Positions 1 to 10,559 of a stretch of DNA of 64,000 nt are shown here, one piece after another. Each line of letters begins with the position of its first letter. Position 1 is the stretch's first letter. The DNA is from Candidatus Wirthbacteria bacterium (GTDB lineage Bacteria > Patescibacteriota > CG2-30-54-11). Under the pieces are notes generated by a model, which worked only from the letters and a program-made list of their open reading frames with translations, searched no databases and had not been told where the DNA came from. The position numbers were made by a program, and so were the translations under genes. Where the stretch lies: NCBI GenBank assembly GCA_903889905.1, contig CAISZI010000053.1:74599-138598 (forward strand), written 5' to 3'.

Positions 1-181
1 ATAGAGCAGCCGCAGCCACAATAAATGGAACGAAGAGGACTTACAAAAAAAGAACGGGAGTCTAAGGCATGCAGGTCAATTGATCTATTATGAGCAGTTA
101 GAGACAGTTTTGTTGTTGGTATTCAGGGAAATTAGTCCAAAAGTAGCATTTTAAGATGAGTTGGGGTAATATTGGGTCCTT

Positions 182-3100
182 TTGTTTAAAAATGGAGCCA
201 ACATGGGTAAGGGTGGAAGCGAATTCGAATCAAGACGGATCGACTTTAAGTTGACGGACATTCAACGCATGGCACTCATACTTCATGACGCTCCTGGCTT
301 ATGTGAACTTATTAGGAATCAACTAGACGGTAGAAGTCGGATTAATTTAGGCGAGTATGACCCGGATGAATCTGACGATGCTTTTTTGATGGCTACAATT
401 GGAGTGCCACGCGTCGGAAGATCTCTTTACGTTGGCGGACATGTGGAAGATATGAGGCAACTACTCAATGCAGCACAGCAGTTTCTTGACACCCAAGCGC
501 CTGTCGATGCAGATGAGTCGATGGTCGAGATAGCGCCGTCTTCAGAGCTTGTCCAAATGATTGCAGATATCCACAATGAAAGTCCTGCATTGTTTCGTAT
601 GCTAGAGTTATATGTCCAAAACGGATGGATTAATGCTACGACGGTTGGGATTCCATTGAGTGTCCAGCCTGTCTTTGAACGTTTATTGGGGGTTGATATC
701 TGGTCACTGTTTGATGGCAGCGAGCAGGATTCGGTGCGAAGTCAGCTGGCAGCCGGGATCAAGGCATATAGGGCGAGTAATGCCAATTACGACATGGGAA
801 ATATAGCTGGCGAGCCTGCCAAGTCGCCGGGGAATACACTGGATAAGATTTCGGAAGATCGTGCCGCGTTTGTTGGGTTGGCAGATAGTGACCCTGACGT
901 TGTGCTGGCAATTCTACAACATCGCAATACATCGGCAATTCCGTTAGGTCGATTAAGTCCAGATGCGATGTCCACTCTGCAAGGCTTGTTTGGGGGAAAT
1001 TTTGATCAGACTTTACCCGGTTCTGTCTGGTGGGAGAAAATCAAACTGGATTATTTGCAAGAAGTTTTAGATGGTATCGATATTGTTGGATTGCGGAAAA
1101 GTATTCGGCGGAGTAAAGCTGAGGTTGATAAAACAACAAGTCTTGAAACATACCCGAGTAGTATAAGTGCCCAGCATGGTGAAATAAATCATGACACACA
1201 AAGAGTAGATTGCCTGACAGGAATGTTTCGAACCAACAAAGCAGCCTTTTGGGCAGTCGAGCATGGTTTGAGACCAGACAATCAGAACGAAATGAATTCG
1301 GCATCGATTGATAGCAGTGTTCAGACAAATTTGGTTGACGCTTTTGGCGGGCAATTCGGTGAGGGCAAATGGAAAGGATTTGATGTTAATGCTTTGAGGC
1401 ATGCCCTTGCTGATCATCAGGTCATTGGCATGATCAATCAAGATGCAAAGCAAACTCGAGATTTAAATAATTCTGGTCAAGGATCCCGTGGGCGAGGTGC
1501 CAATGGATTGTCACTTGAACAGGTTACTGGATTTGAGCTTGATAACGCCGAGACCGCACTGGCAGTCAAAACTGCACTTGAGCAGGCCGATGTGATGGGC
1601 AATGATATTCGAATTGAAGTTGCTAAAGCACTGAGTTATGACACGAGAAAATTGCTCATGAGGATTTTTGAGGCAGATGAAGTGAAGGCACTGGCAACGG
1701 GTGGTCCTAAGCATTGGTACGCCATTACCAATGCCAACTGGCATCGTGCGGGTCTTACTCTAGGCGTGAACGAGCTATGGTTAAATGCGGTGGCCAAAAC
1801 ACGTACATGGGATCCGGACGCCAATCCGGCAGCGATGAACGGCATTGATGATCCAGACAAAATCGAAGCAATGCGCAAACACTATCTGGAATGGAAAGGC
1901 AGGAAAGCGGCTGCAGAAAGCGGAAGGAGACCACATCGTGATGATGTCAGACAGCGAAACGATCTGCGTGCACAACAGAACTCACAAATAGAGAAAACTC
2001 CTGCCTGGGTGCGAGAGAGGAATGCCGAACATATCGCCGATAGAAACCGTCGAAAATTAGATGACGTCAAAATCACATCGACTGGTGGCCTGTCCGGAAC
2101 GACGGTCAGCGACAAGTCGGGCGTCCCGGAAATGTTTGAAATGTTTTTTGATGCCCAAGGGACATATCAACAAGTTTCCCCTGAGGTATTTCAACGTGTC
2201 GTCGAAGCCAAGATGGCCCGTGCCCAGATGCGAATCAATGCCGGATGGGATAAACAAAGTCTGCAGACTGTCAAGAATGAGTTGCTTCGGACTGGTCGGC
2301 ATGATTGTGCGTCGGTTCTGGAAGCCAATTTGCTGCGGCATAAATTGAAACTGGATCCCAAGGACTATGGAATCTCAGGCAAGATGATCGTCGACAAAAA
2401 GGCAGAACAGGTGGCCGAACCAACCGCCGGTGCAGCTACTTTGTCGAGTGCAGAAATAAAACCAGCGGGTATCGATGCGAGAGGATGGGAGGAGGCAAGA
2501 GTATACTTGGACCATGATGCAAAAAAGGGAAGTTGCCATGCTTTGTTCAATTCCCAATCTGAAGCTGAGAGCGCCGCCAAAATATTGGGGATGGGAAAAG
2601 CGGTAAATGGCACGCTCTATGCTCCTTATGGGGATTATGAAAGGTTGAAAGCCGGACTTGAAGAACAATTTCGGAAAGCATCAACCCCACAAGTATTAAC
2701 AACCAGTTCTGTTGAGTCTCGACCCGCCATTACAGAGCAAGCCGAGTTGCCAAGGTTGGATATCAGTATTTGGACAGGAATTCAATATCTGACTGTGGGC
2801 CGCGGTGAATTGACAACTACGACGATTCGTTTTAAATCTGAACAGGTAGCCCTACGCGTCCAATCTGCATTGGGCATGGGCACAGTGGATGGTAGAGATG
2901 TGTTTGTGGAGATTCGTCAACGACAGTCATTGGAACAAGCCGTCGTCAAACAACGGGAAGTCGCATTGTCCCTGTCGCAAAGTGTAGCTCAAGAGTCCCC
3001 TGCTCGAACTAAAGCTGCTCGTCCCGCTTCCTCTCAGGAACAAGCAACGGACCCCAAAGCGACGACTAATAATCAGCGCGATGCGATGTTTTATTCTATG

Positions 3101-3682
3101 GTGATGCAGGGGTTGCGCGGCGAGGGGACGTTTATTTGTGACAGGGATAGCTTTGAAGCAAGGGTTTTGCGCGCCGTCGTGGCGAATTTGAACAATGAAT
3201 TTAAGGTTCCCGGTATTACTTGGAAAGTGGATGATTCTGACTTGATCATCTTCACCACGAGCCGGCAGTCTGCTCTGTTTGAGCAATTTGAACGATTTTT
3301 AACACAAGAACTCAATGCGCAAGCGACGGCACAAAGTCATGAATCAGCTACTGCAGCCAGTCCAGTATCTGGTGTTGATCAACGCGCCAGCGAACGGCAA
3401 CAAAGAATGGACAACCACCAGGACACAACGCTCTGTGCGATGGTCACGGATGGCTTGGCAAACAAAAACCGTTTTAGCTGTGCTGCGGGCTCAGAAGTTG
3501 CCCGGGCCATTAAAAAGGCTTACCAAAAAGCTACCGCAGACTTTCGGCTTGGTCTGCATGTGATGGAAGAGGGAGAAGATATAGTGATTGAGAGTATAAG
3601 TGGGCAGATTGAGCAAATCGAAATTTTTGCAGCGTACCTTTTGGAGGAAATTACTGTGCTAAGGTTGGCAGGTGAGAAATAG
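182..3682 (+). CDS. Large hypothetical protein (1166 aa), acidic, no TM segment and no motif I can recognise
   Basis: 3.5-kb uninterrupted ORF. The antisense ORFs are all short. A rho-independent terminator follows immediately. No catalytic motifs recognised by eye. Confidence 0.65.
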   Translation: MFKNGANMGKGGSEFESRRIDFKLTDIQRMALILHDAPGLCELIRNQLDGRSRINLGEYDPDESDDAFLMATIGVPRVGRSLYVGGHVEDMRQLLNAAQQFLDTQAPVDADESMVEIAPSSELVQMIADIHNESPALFRMLELYVQNGWINATTVGIPLSVQPVFERLLGVDIWSLFDGSEQDSVRSQLAAGIKAYRASNANYDMGNIAGEPAKSPGNTLDKISEDRAAFVGLADSDPDVVLAILQHRNTSAIPLGRLSPDAMSTLQGLFGGNFDQTLPGSVWWEKIKLDYLQEVLDGIDIVGLRKSIRRSKAEVDKTTSLETYPSSISAQHGEINHDTQRVDCLTGMFRTNKAAFWAVEHGLRPDNQNEMNSASIDSSVQTNLVDAFGGQFGEGKWKGFDVNALRHALADHQVIGMINQDAKQTRDLNNSGQGSRGRGANGLSLEQVTGFELDNAETALAVKTALEQADVMGNDIRIEVAKALSYDTRKLLMRIFEADEVKALATGGPKHWYAITNANWHRAGLTLGVNELWLNAVAKTRTWDPDANPAAMNGIDDPDKIEAMRKHYLEWKGRKAAAESGRRPHRDDVRQRNDLRAQQNSQIEKTPAWVRERNAEHIADRNRRKLDDVKITSTGGLSGTTVSDKSGVPEMFEMFFDAQGTYQQVSPEVFQRVVEAKMARAQMRINAGWDKQSLQTVKNELLRTGRHDCASVLEANLLRHKLKLDPKDYGISGKMIVDKKAEQVAEPTAGAATLSSAEIKPAGIDARGWEEARVYLDHDAKKGSCHALFNSQSEAESAAKILGMGKAVNGTLYAPYGDYERLKAGLEEQFRKASTPQVLTTSSVESRPAITEQAELPRLDISIWTGIQYLTVGRGELTTTTIRFKSEQVALRVQSALGMGTVDGRDVFVEIRQRQSLEQAVVKQREVALSLSQSVAQESPARTKAARPASSQEQATDPKATTNNQRDAMFYSMVMQGLRGEGTFICDRDSFEARVLRAVVANLNNEFKVPGITWKVDDSDLIIFTTSRQSALFEQFERFLTQELNAQATAQSHESATAASPVSGVDQRASERQQRMDNHQDTTLCAMVTDGLANKNRFSCAAGSEVARAIKKAYQKATADFRLGLHVMEEGEDIVIESISGQIEQIEIFAAYLLEEITVLRLAGEK

Positions 3683-3700
3683 GCCGGCGAAATGGATATC

Positions 3701-3729
3701 AAAAAACCACCTATGGGGGTGGTTTTTTT
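3701..3729 (+). terminator. Rho-independent terminator of the 1166-aa gene
   Basis: A-run, stem ccacc/ggtgg with loop tatggg, then T7 (aaaaaaccacctatgggggtggttttttt). Confidence 0.75.
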
Positions 3730-3860
3730 GAGGTTGATGATTTGATGGCGGAGCCAGCCAAAGCAGAGAATGCGGGTAGGGGAGCCCTACTTCGTTTTTT
3801 GTCTTACCGGCGGAGCCATCCGTAGCTCGTCGCTTCATAGCCGACCCTCTCGAGCGAAGG

Positions 3861-3882
3861 ATGGTGGAGTTGAGGGGAGTCG
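3861..3882. repeat. 22-bp direct repeat (atggtggagttgaggggagtcg) identical to 13398..13419, i.e. the 3' end of tRNA-Ala. Distal att-like boundary of the island
   Basis: Exact 22/22 match to the antisense of the tRNA-Ala 3' acceptor/T-arm region. The flanking sequence does not fold as a tRNA. Confidence 0.8.
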
Positions 3883-4291
3883 TATACAAGTCCCTGCGAA
3901 GCGTTCTGACGGTGAGCAGCTGAACGCAGTAATGACGATGTTGCTACCTACTGATACCGCAGGCTCCCTTCCGATTCGCTGACGAATCTACAGGGATCGA
4001 AATGGATAAGTACCTCTAAACGCGATGACTTGTTAAGATGTACTTTATAAGTTTCACTAAGTTCGAAGACTCACTAAGTTCAGCTTTATGGTGGATATAG
4101 GGTAACAATACTTGAACTTTTTAGCAAGATGATGACTAGGTGGCAGCAGGTAAACCGTTGGAATGGCTTCATGACGGACTTTCTGGAGCACAACAGGGGA
4201 ACAGAAGGGCTTGTGATAGATAAGCTGCGTTTATAGAAGGGGGGCGGTGTGCTATGGTGGGCAGGGTACTCACATACTCAAAGGGGGCAAT

Positions 4292-4600
4292 ATGGACAAA
4301 TCAGACAAGGAAGAACTGAAAGCGGTAGTAGCGTACATCTATGCTCTGGTGAACAAGGTCGAAAGCAGTGATTCTCTTAGCAAAAGCCCGAGAATCAAGA
4401 AAGATATGGCAAATTTGGCAATTGCTTTACGCCATTTCGTTGATAGTGTCGAGAACGATAAAGCTAAACAGGCAGAAACAGGGGAGCAGTCAGAGCAAGG
4501 GCAACCTGCCAAGCTGAAGCCAGGTCAGGCGTATGATGAATGGGGAGAAGTGGTTCAACTATCATTAGCCCACAAGCAGACAGGTATTACGAACAAATAA
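4292..4600 (+). CDS. Small hypothetical protein (102 aa) inside the island
   Basis: ORF with RBS aaggggg 7 nt upstream of the ATG at 4292. The track ORF started at 4247. Confidence 0.5.
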   Translation: MDKSDKEELKAVVAYIYALVNKVESSDSLSKSPRIKKDMANLAIALRHFVDSVENDKAKQAETGEQSEQGQPAKLKPGQAYDEWGEVVQLSLAHKQTGITNK

Positions 4601-5122
4601 GCCCGAAGGCGCATGAACTTTAGGCAATGTTTAGTATTATTAACTATCTTTGAATGTTAGTAATTATTAACTATCTGTTGCAGGGATGAGGCACTAGGGG
4701 TGGGTGCTATTTCTGCGACAGCATTCTCTTTGCCCTATAGGCTCTTTTTTTGTATTAGTGCATTAGGCAAGAAAGGGGAAGGACATACGAGCAAAGGTTG
4801 GATGGGGGGTAGCATGTTCTGACGAGAAATGTCAAGGTTTTGCCCGCTACTCCCGCTGTGGAGGATACCTTTCTGTGTAATTAGGAGGAATAACGGATTT
4901 GTCCTCTTAATTGGGTATCAATATCGAGATGGGAGCAAAAAAACCGCAGTATTCGATTCCCTTGTTAGAATTGAGTAAGAGGAATAACCATACAGGACGC
5001 TCTCCGCGAAACATTGTTTATAATTATGAACTTGTCTGTTTGCTTAGTACAAAACAACTAAACTATAATGACTGAGTGTTTATGCCTGTAGCGTCTTGTA
5101 ATGCAATGAAAAAGGATGGAAT

Positions 5123-7027
5123 ATGACCACTTTTCCCAAAATGGACGGTACTTCATATAGCCCACAACAGGAGCTATTTGAGCTATTGCAGGCTCGTTTC
5201 CCCGATGTATTCACCGAGGGGAAAATAGACCCTATCAGGCTCAAGCGGTCTTTGGGTGAACAGGTCAATGTAGATAGCGAGCGCTATGGTTTGAATTGGG
5301 CAGGTAAAAGCGATTGTTACCGCCATATTCAGGAATCAACTACAGCGACCCTCAAACCAGTGCGAAAAGAGTCTGTAGACTTCGACACTACCCAGAACTT
5401 GTTCATCGAGGGAGACAATCTCGAAGTGCTCAAAGTGTTGCAGAAGTCCTACTATGGCAAGGTCAAAATGATTTATATTGACCCGCCATACAACACAGGA
5501 AGTGATAGTTTTATCTATCCAGACAGGTTCCAAGAGTCCCAAGACGATTATCTAAAGAGAATCGGTGAAAAAGACGAATCGGGTAATTTGATGCGAGATG
5601 GTATGTTTCAGAAAAATAGCCGAGATAATGGGCATTACCATTCCAATTGGCTATCAATGATGTACCCACGATTGTTTTTGGCGAGGAATCTATTGCGGGA
5701 AGATGGGGTTATCTTTGTCAGTATTGATAATAATGAAGTCCATAATTTACGGTTGGTAATGGATGAAATATTCGGGGCAGAGAATTTTATAGACTGCATT
5801 ATATGGAAAAAAAGGTATGGCGGTGGTTCAAAGGAAAAATATCTAGTGTCTTTACATGAATACATTTTATTTTATTCCAAAGATGTTAATCATTTAGACC
5901 CACTGTTTGTTCACCAAGACGAAGCAAATATCGCAAGATATTACAAATACAAAGATGAAAAATTTGAAACGAGAGGTCCCTATCGTACTCACCCATTGGA
6001 AGCGACAAAAAGCATGGGGGATAGGAAGAATTTGATTTATCCCATACCAGCACCAGACAAAACGTATATTAACCCTCAGCGTCAATGGCTTTGGAAGAAA
6101 GAAAGGGTAGAACAAGCATTAAAGAATAATGAGCTTGAGTTTATCAAAACCGACAAAGGATACTCAGTTCATACAAAACAGTATTGGCGTGATGAATCCG
6201 GTGAAGTAAGACAGAGTAAAATGTTTTCAATTATCGACAATGTTTATACTCAATCTGGTACAAATGAAATAATCGAGCTATTTGGGAATGCTCAAATTTT
6301 TTCTTTCCCAAAACCTACAGCACTTCTTAAACCCTTGATTCAGCTAACAACAGATTCGGTACAAGAGGAGATAGTTTTAGATTTTTTTGCCGGTTCAGGA
6401 ACCACTGCCCATGCGATTATTGCCCAGAACTATGAGGATGGTGGTAATAGAAAATACATTCTAGTGCAGCTTCCAGAGGCTTGCGCAGACGATAGCGAAG
6501 CATTTAAAAAAGGCTATAAAACCATTGCAGATGTTGCAAAAGAACGTATCAGGAGGGTTGGAAAAGAAATAGTAAAAAAGAAACAATCCAAACTAAATCT
6601 TGATGGAAAAAAGATTGATGTTGGATTCAAAGTGCTTGAATTGGAAGATAGTAATTTCAAGGTCTGGCGAGGGGATGTAGAGTCAGCTGAAGTTTTACTT
6701 GAGCAAATGGAAGCCTTTGTCGATAACACGAATCCTGATGCTATCAAAGAAAGCGTGCTTTATGAACTTATCTTGAAAAGTGGGCTAGATTTGAACGTGG
6801 CTGTTGAGAAAAGGGATATAGGGGGTAAGGCTGTATTTGTGTTGAATGGGGGTAAATTGGCGGTCTGCTTAGAAGATGAGCTCAACCAGGCGGTTGTCGA
6901 TGCTGTTGTCTCTATCAAGCCAGAAAAAGTGCTGTGCTTGGATAAGTCATTTGGTGGTAATGACCAGCTCAAGACTAATGCCATGCTTCAGATGGAACAG
7001 GCAAAGATAGACTTCAAGGTGGTGTAG
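5123..7027 (+). CDS. mod: Type III restriction-modification Mod subunit (beta-class N6-adenine DNA methyltransferase)
   Basis: Motif IV IYIDPPYN lies N-terminal to motif I LDFFAGSGTT. This is the beta-class order typical of Type III Mod. Size 634 aa. Confidence 0.85.
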   Translation: MTTFPKMDGTSYSPQQELFELLQARFPDVFTEGKIDPIRLKRSLGEQVNVDSERYGLNWAGKSDCYRHIQESTTATLKPVRKESVDFDTTQNLFIEGDNLEVLKVLQKSYYGKVKMIYIDPPYNTGSDSFIYPDRFQESQDDYLKRIGEKDESGNLMRDGMFQKNSRDNGHYHSNWLSMMYPRLFLARNLLREDGVIFVSIDNNEVHNLRLVMDEIFGAENFIDCIIWKKRYGGGSKEKYLVSLHEYILFYSKDVNHLDPLFVHQDEANIARYYKYKDEKFETRGPYRTHPLEATKSMGDRKNLIYPIPAPDKTYINPQRQWLWKKERVEQALKNNELEFIKTDKGYSVHTKQYWRDESGEVRQSKMFSIIDNVYTQSGTNEIIELFGNAQIFSFPKPTALLKPLIQLTTDSVQEEIVLDFFAGSGTTAHAIIAQNYEDGGNRKYILVQLPEACADDSEAFKKGYKTIADVAKERIRRVGKEIVKKKQSKLNLDGKKIDVGFKVLELEDSNFKVWRGDVESAEVLLEQMEAFVDNTNPDAIKESVLYELILKSGLDLNVAVEKRDIGGKAVFVLNGGKLAVCLEDELNQAVVDAVVSIKPEKVLCLDKSFGGNDQLKTNAMLQMEQAKIDFKVV

Positions 7028-7030
7028 TAT

Positions 7031-7816
7031 ATGCAAAAGAGTCCATACCTACAAAACTACTATCGTGAAATTGAATTTTCACTATGGAATCGAAAGATAA
7101 ACCATGCAGTCGCTTCTATCACAAGTCTAAAACGAGACAAGAGCAAGAAAAAGTATTTTATTGAGCTGTACTCAACATATCTTCAGCTGATTGAGATTTT
7201 TTGTATCAATGTGTTCGTAATCACTGAGAACGATTTGTGGAGCAACGTTTTTTTGAGTAACCGTCAACTAGCTGAAAAGATACAAAACAGATTTTATCAG
7301 GCTGAAAGTAGTCGTTTTGACAAGAAGTTCAGTACTTTTTTCCTAGAACATTGGGTATTTGGCGTTGAAGATAAGACTGCTATCCGAGACTTTGCTGGGA
7401 AAATAGAGTTGTATTTGGATATTATCAAAGAGAGCCTTTTTGATTATTCCGAAGATAAACATTTTCTGAATTCATACAAACACGGCTTTCGAGTTCAAGC
7501 GGGAGGGAAGAGTACTTTTGGGATAGGAATAGGTACATCTCAAGAAGTTCATAAATTAGGTGATTTCAACGCAAGTGTGACGTATTTTCACAAAAAAGAG
7601 GCGGTGATTTTCGAAAGGCAGATTTGTTTCAACTGGGAACGGATTTACCAAAAAACTTCATTTTTGTTGAATATGCTCCAAAACATCAAAACAGTGTATA
7701 CAGCAAAGTCGAAACAAGTAATAGACATCAATACATTGTTCATTGTTGACTCACAACAGTTTAACCAATTCAGTGGGTATTTTCGTACTAACACCCCAAT
7801 TTTCGAGATAAAATAG
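7031..7816 (+). CDS. Uncharacterised 261-aa protein inserted between mod and res
   Basis: ORF starts 4 nt after the mod stop and ends 1 nt before the res start. This suggests translational coupling in one operon. AT-richer than its neighbours. No known motif recognised. Confidence 0.6.
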   Translation: MQKSPYLQNYYREIEFSLWNRKINHAVASITSLKRDKSKKKYFIELYSTYLQLIEIFCINVFVITENDLWSNVFLSNRQLAEKIQNRFYQAESSRFDKKFSTFFLEHWVFGVEDKTAIRDFAGKIELYLDIIKESLFDYSEDKHFLNSYKHGFRVQAGGKSTFGIGIGTSQEVHKLGDFNASVTYFHKKEAVIFERQICFNWERIYQKTSFLLNMLQNIKTVYTAKSKQVIDINTLFIVDSQQFNQFSGYFRTNTPIFEIK

Positions 7817-7817
7817 A

Positions 7818-10520
7818 GTGGTAATGAAACTTCAATTCGATGCTAGCCAGCAATATCAGCTGGACGCCATCAATTCCATAGTAGACATTTTCAAAGGGCA
7901 GCCTTTGAGCAAGGGTGTTTTTGAGCTTGAGGTAAAGCGTCCTGACGACGAGCTTCAGCTGGGTGGCGAGTTTGTTGTGGGCAATAAGCTCATGCTCGAG
8001 CCGGATACCATCATTGCAAATCTTCATGAAATACAAACTCGGAATGAACTGACAATATCCGAAGTGGCAACTGGAGCAACATTTCCTGCAAGTTTTCCCT
8101 TGGATTTCAGCCGTCGTTTACAATATGGAATGAACTTTTCCATAGAAATGGAAACAGGAACAGGTAAAACCTATGTGTATCTGCGAACTATCCACGAGCT
8201 GTACCAGAAGTATGGTTTCAAAAAGTTTGTTATCGTCGTGCCTAGCATTGCCATCAGGGAAGGAGTGCTCAAGAATCTAGAGATAACAGCCGAGCACTTT
8301 GCCATGCTGTATGAAAACCCAGCACTTAATTTTGAGGTCTATGACCCCAAAAAGAGGAATCTGCTCAAAACCTTTGCTACCAACAACACCTTGCAGATTC
8401 TAGTGATAAACATTGATTCTTTTGCCAAATACAGCGACGAGAAAGCTGGCAAAAACATCATTTACCAAAACAGCGACTGGGGTATCCCGATTGAATACCT
8501 CAAGGCTGTCAGCCCTATCGTCATCGTCGATGAACCGCAAAACATGGAAACCGATATTCGCAAAAAGGCTATAGAGAATCTCAACCCGCTTTGCACTCTG
8601 CGATATTCGGCAACACACAAAAATCTGTACAACGTGGTGTATACCCTAGACCCTGTCAAAGCCTATGATTTGGGCTTGGTCAAAAAGATAGAGGTGGACT
8701 CCGTCATAACCGAGGATAACCACAATGCTGCCCTGATAGAAGTGGTTTCTTTTCAAACCACTTCAAAGTCAGTTAGTGCCAAGCTCAAAATTGAAGTTGT
8801 AGATTCGGAAAGCGTAGGGAAAAAAGCGGTAACAGTAAGGCTCGGTGACGACTTGTACCGACTTTCCAACCAGAGGGAAGTGTACAAAGATGGCTTTATA
8901 GTCAATGACATAGGCTTTCAGGCTAAATCCATTACGTTCAGCAATGGTCTAGTGTTGTATGAAGGGCAGTCTCAAGGGGGCATGACCGATGCGATAATGA
9001 AGTATCAGATTCGGAAAACCATCGAGAATCATGTTGAGAAGGAAGCCAAACTCAGAGGCAAGGGAATCAAAGTCTTGTCTCTATTCTTCATCGACCGTGT
9101 AGCGAACTATCGAGAATATACGGAGGGGAAGCCCAACAAAGGCAAGTTTGCCCTCTGGTTCGAGGAACTATACAAAGAAATAGCCCGAAACCCCAAATAT
9201 CAGGAATTGATGGTTCATTCTGCTGATTCGGTTCATAACGGATACTTTTCTCAAGACAAACAGGGTGGCTGGAAGGATACCAAGGGAACAACCCAGGCTG
9301 ATGATGATACCTACGCCATAATCATGAAAGAAAAAGAAAAACTGCTTTCGATGGAAGAACCTTTAAAGTTTATCTTTTCCCATTCCGCACTCAAAGAAGG
9401 CTGGGACAACCCTAATGTTTTTCAAATCTGTACCCTGAGAGAAATTACTTCAGAGGGGGAAAAGAGACAAACCATAGGACGTGGCTTGAGGCTTTCTGTA
9501 AATCAGGACGGAAAGCGGGTTTTTGATGAGAACATCAACATTCTTACCGTCATTGCCAATGATAGCTATGAGGACTTTGCCAAGTCATTGCAGACCGAAA
9601 TTGAGAGAGAATGTGGAGTCAGCTTTTCAGGCAGGGTAAGGGATAAGCGGAAAAGAAAGCAGATGCAATTGAGAAAGGGCTATCAGCTTGATGAAAATTT
9701 CATCAGCCTTTGGGATAGAATCAAGGTCAAAACCAGATTCCAGGTCAGCTATGATTCCAATGAGTTGATTCGACTGGTTGCCAACGAACTAAAGACGGCA
9801 GCGATAACTGCACCCAAAATCAAAAATATCAAGGTCAAGGTTGACCTAACCAGGCATGGTATCGATACAGGGGTAGTAACCGTCAATGAAAGGACGGAAA
9901 AGTTCAAGGGAAGCGTTCCTGACGTGCTAGGTGACATCCAAAACAAGACGAGGCTGACCAAGGACACGATTCTCAAGATTATCAAGGCTTCGGGTAGGCT
10001 GGCAGACATTTTCATCAACCCGCAGCAATTCATGGACATAACCTCCCATATCATCAACTCAACACTGACCAAGATGATGGTTGATGGTGTGAAGTACGAA
10101 AAAATAGCCAGTGAAGTATGGGAAATGCAACTATTCGAGAATCAGGAGCTGGAAAGCTATCTGGAGAATCTAGTAGAGGTCAAAAAGGTAGAGAAGACCC
10201 TATATAACTATGTACCAGTAGACCATCAAGTAGAGTCTGAGTTTGCCAAAGACCTGGATTCCAGAGAAGACGTGAAGTTCTATTTCAAGCTGCCCTCATG
10301 GTTCACTATCCAAACGCCACTAGGGACATACAATCCTGACTGGGCAATTGTGTTTGAAAAGGATAAAAGGGTTTATTTCGTGGCTGAAACCAAGTCAAAA
10401 GGACAAGAGCTCCGCCCATCAGAACAAATGAAGATTGACTGCGGGCGTAAGCACTTTGAGGAATTTGAAGATGTGACCTATATGGCACCTATCACAAAAG
10501 TCAGCGATATTGTGATTTGA
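7818..10520 (+). CDS. res: Type III restriction enzyme Res subunit (SF2 helicase plus C-terminal PD-(D/E)xK endonuclease)
   Basis: Walker A METGTGKTY. Motif II VIVDEPQN. C-terminal PDWAIV...FVAETK nuclease motif. The probable true start is the ATG at 7824. Confidence 0.85.
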   Translation: MVMKLQFDASQQYQLDAINSIVDIFKGQPLSKGVFELEVKRPDDELQLGGEFVVGNKLMLEPDTIIANLHEIQTRNELTISEVATGATFPASFPLDFSRRLQYGMNFSIEMETGTGKTYVYLRTIHELYQKYGFKKFVIVVPSIAIREGVLKNLEITAEHFAMLYENPALNFEVYDPKKRNLLKTFATNNTLQILVINIDSFAKYSDEKAGKNIIYQNSDWGIPIEYLKAVSPIVIVDEPQNMETDIRKKAIENLNPLCTLRYSATHKNLYNVVYTLDPVKAYDLGLVKKIEVDSVITEDNHNAALIEVVSFQTTSKSVSAKLKIEVVDSESVGKKAVTVRLGDDLYRLSNQREVYKDGFIVNDIGFQAKSITFSNGLVLYEGQSQGGMTDAIMKYQIRKTIENHVEKEAKLRGKGIKVLSLFFIDRVANYREYTEGKPNKGKFALWFEELYKEIARNPKYQELMVHSADSVHNGYFSQDKQGGWKDTKGTTQADDDTYAIIMKEKEKLLSMEEPLKFIFSHSALKEGWDNPNVFQICTLREITSEGEKRQTIGRGLRLSVNQDGKRVFDENINILTVIANDSYEDFAKSLQTEIERECGVSFSGRVRDKRKRKQMQLRKGYQLDENFISLWDRIKVKTRFQVSYDSNELIRLVANELKTAAITAPKIKNIKVKVDLTRHGIDTGVVTVNERTEKFKGSVPDVLGDIQNKTRLTKDTILKIIKASGRLADIFINPQQFMDITSHIINSTLTKMMVDGVKYEKIASEVWEMQLFENQELESYLENLVEVKKVEKTLYNYVPVDHQVESEFAKDLDSREDVKFYFKLPSWFTIQTPLGTYNPDWAIVFEKDKRVYFVAETKSKGQELRPSEQMKIDCGRKHFEEFEDVTYMAPITKVSDIVI

Positions 10521-10559
10521 ACAAAGTTCATAATGATTAACTTTTAGAGATAGAACTAT

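Noticed and set aside
3770-3982. 70-aa ORF and possible tmRNA/tRNA-like gene around the 'tggtggagttgaggggagtcg' segment
   Set aside because: Only 22 nt match the tRNA-Ala 3' end. The adjacent sequence does not form a T-arm or acceptor stem and shows no tmRNA features. Interpreted as an att-site duplicate, not an RNA gene or CDS.
5807-5813. A7 homopolymer inside mod as a possible phase-variation tract
   Set aside because: Seven A's is below the length usually associated with slipped-strand phase variation in Type III mod genes, and there is no tetranucleotide or poly-G tract.
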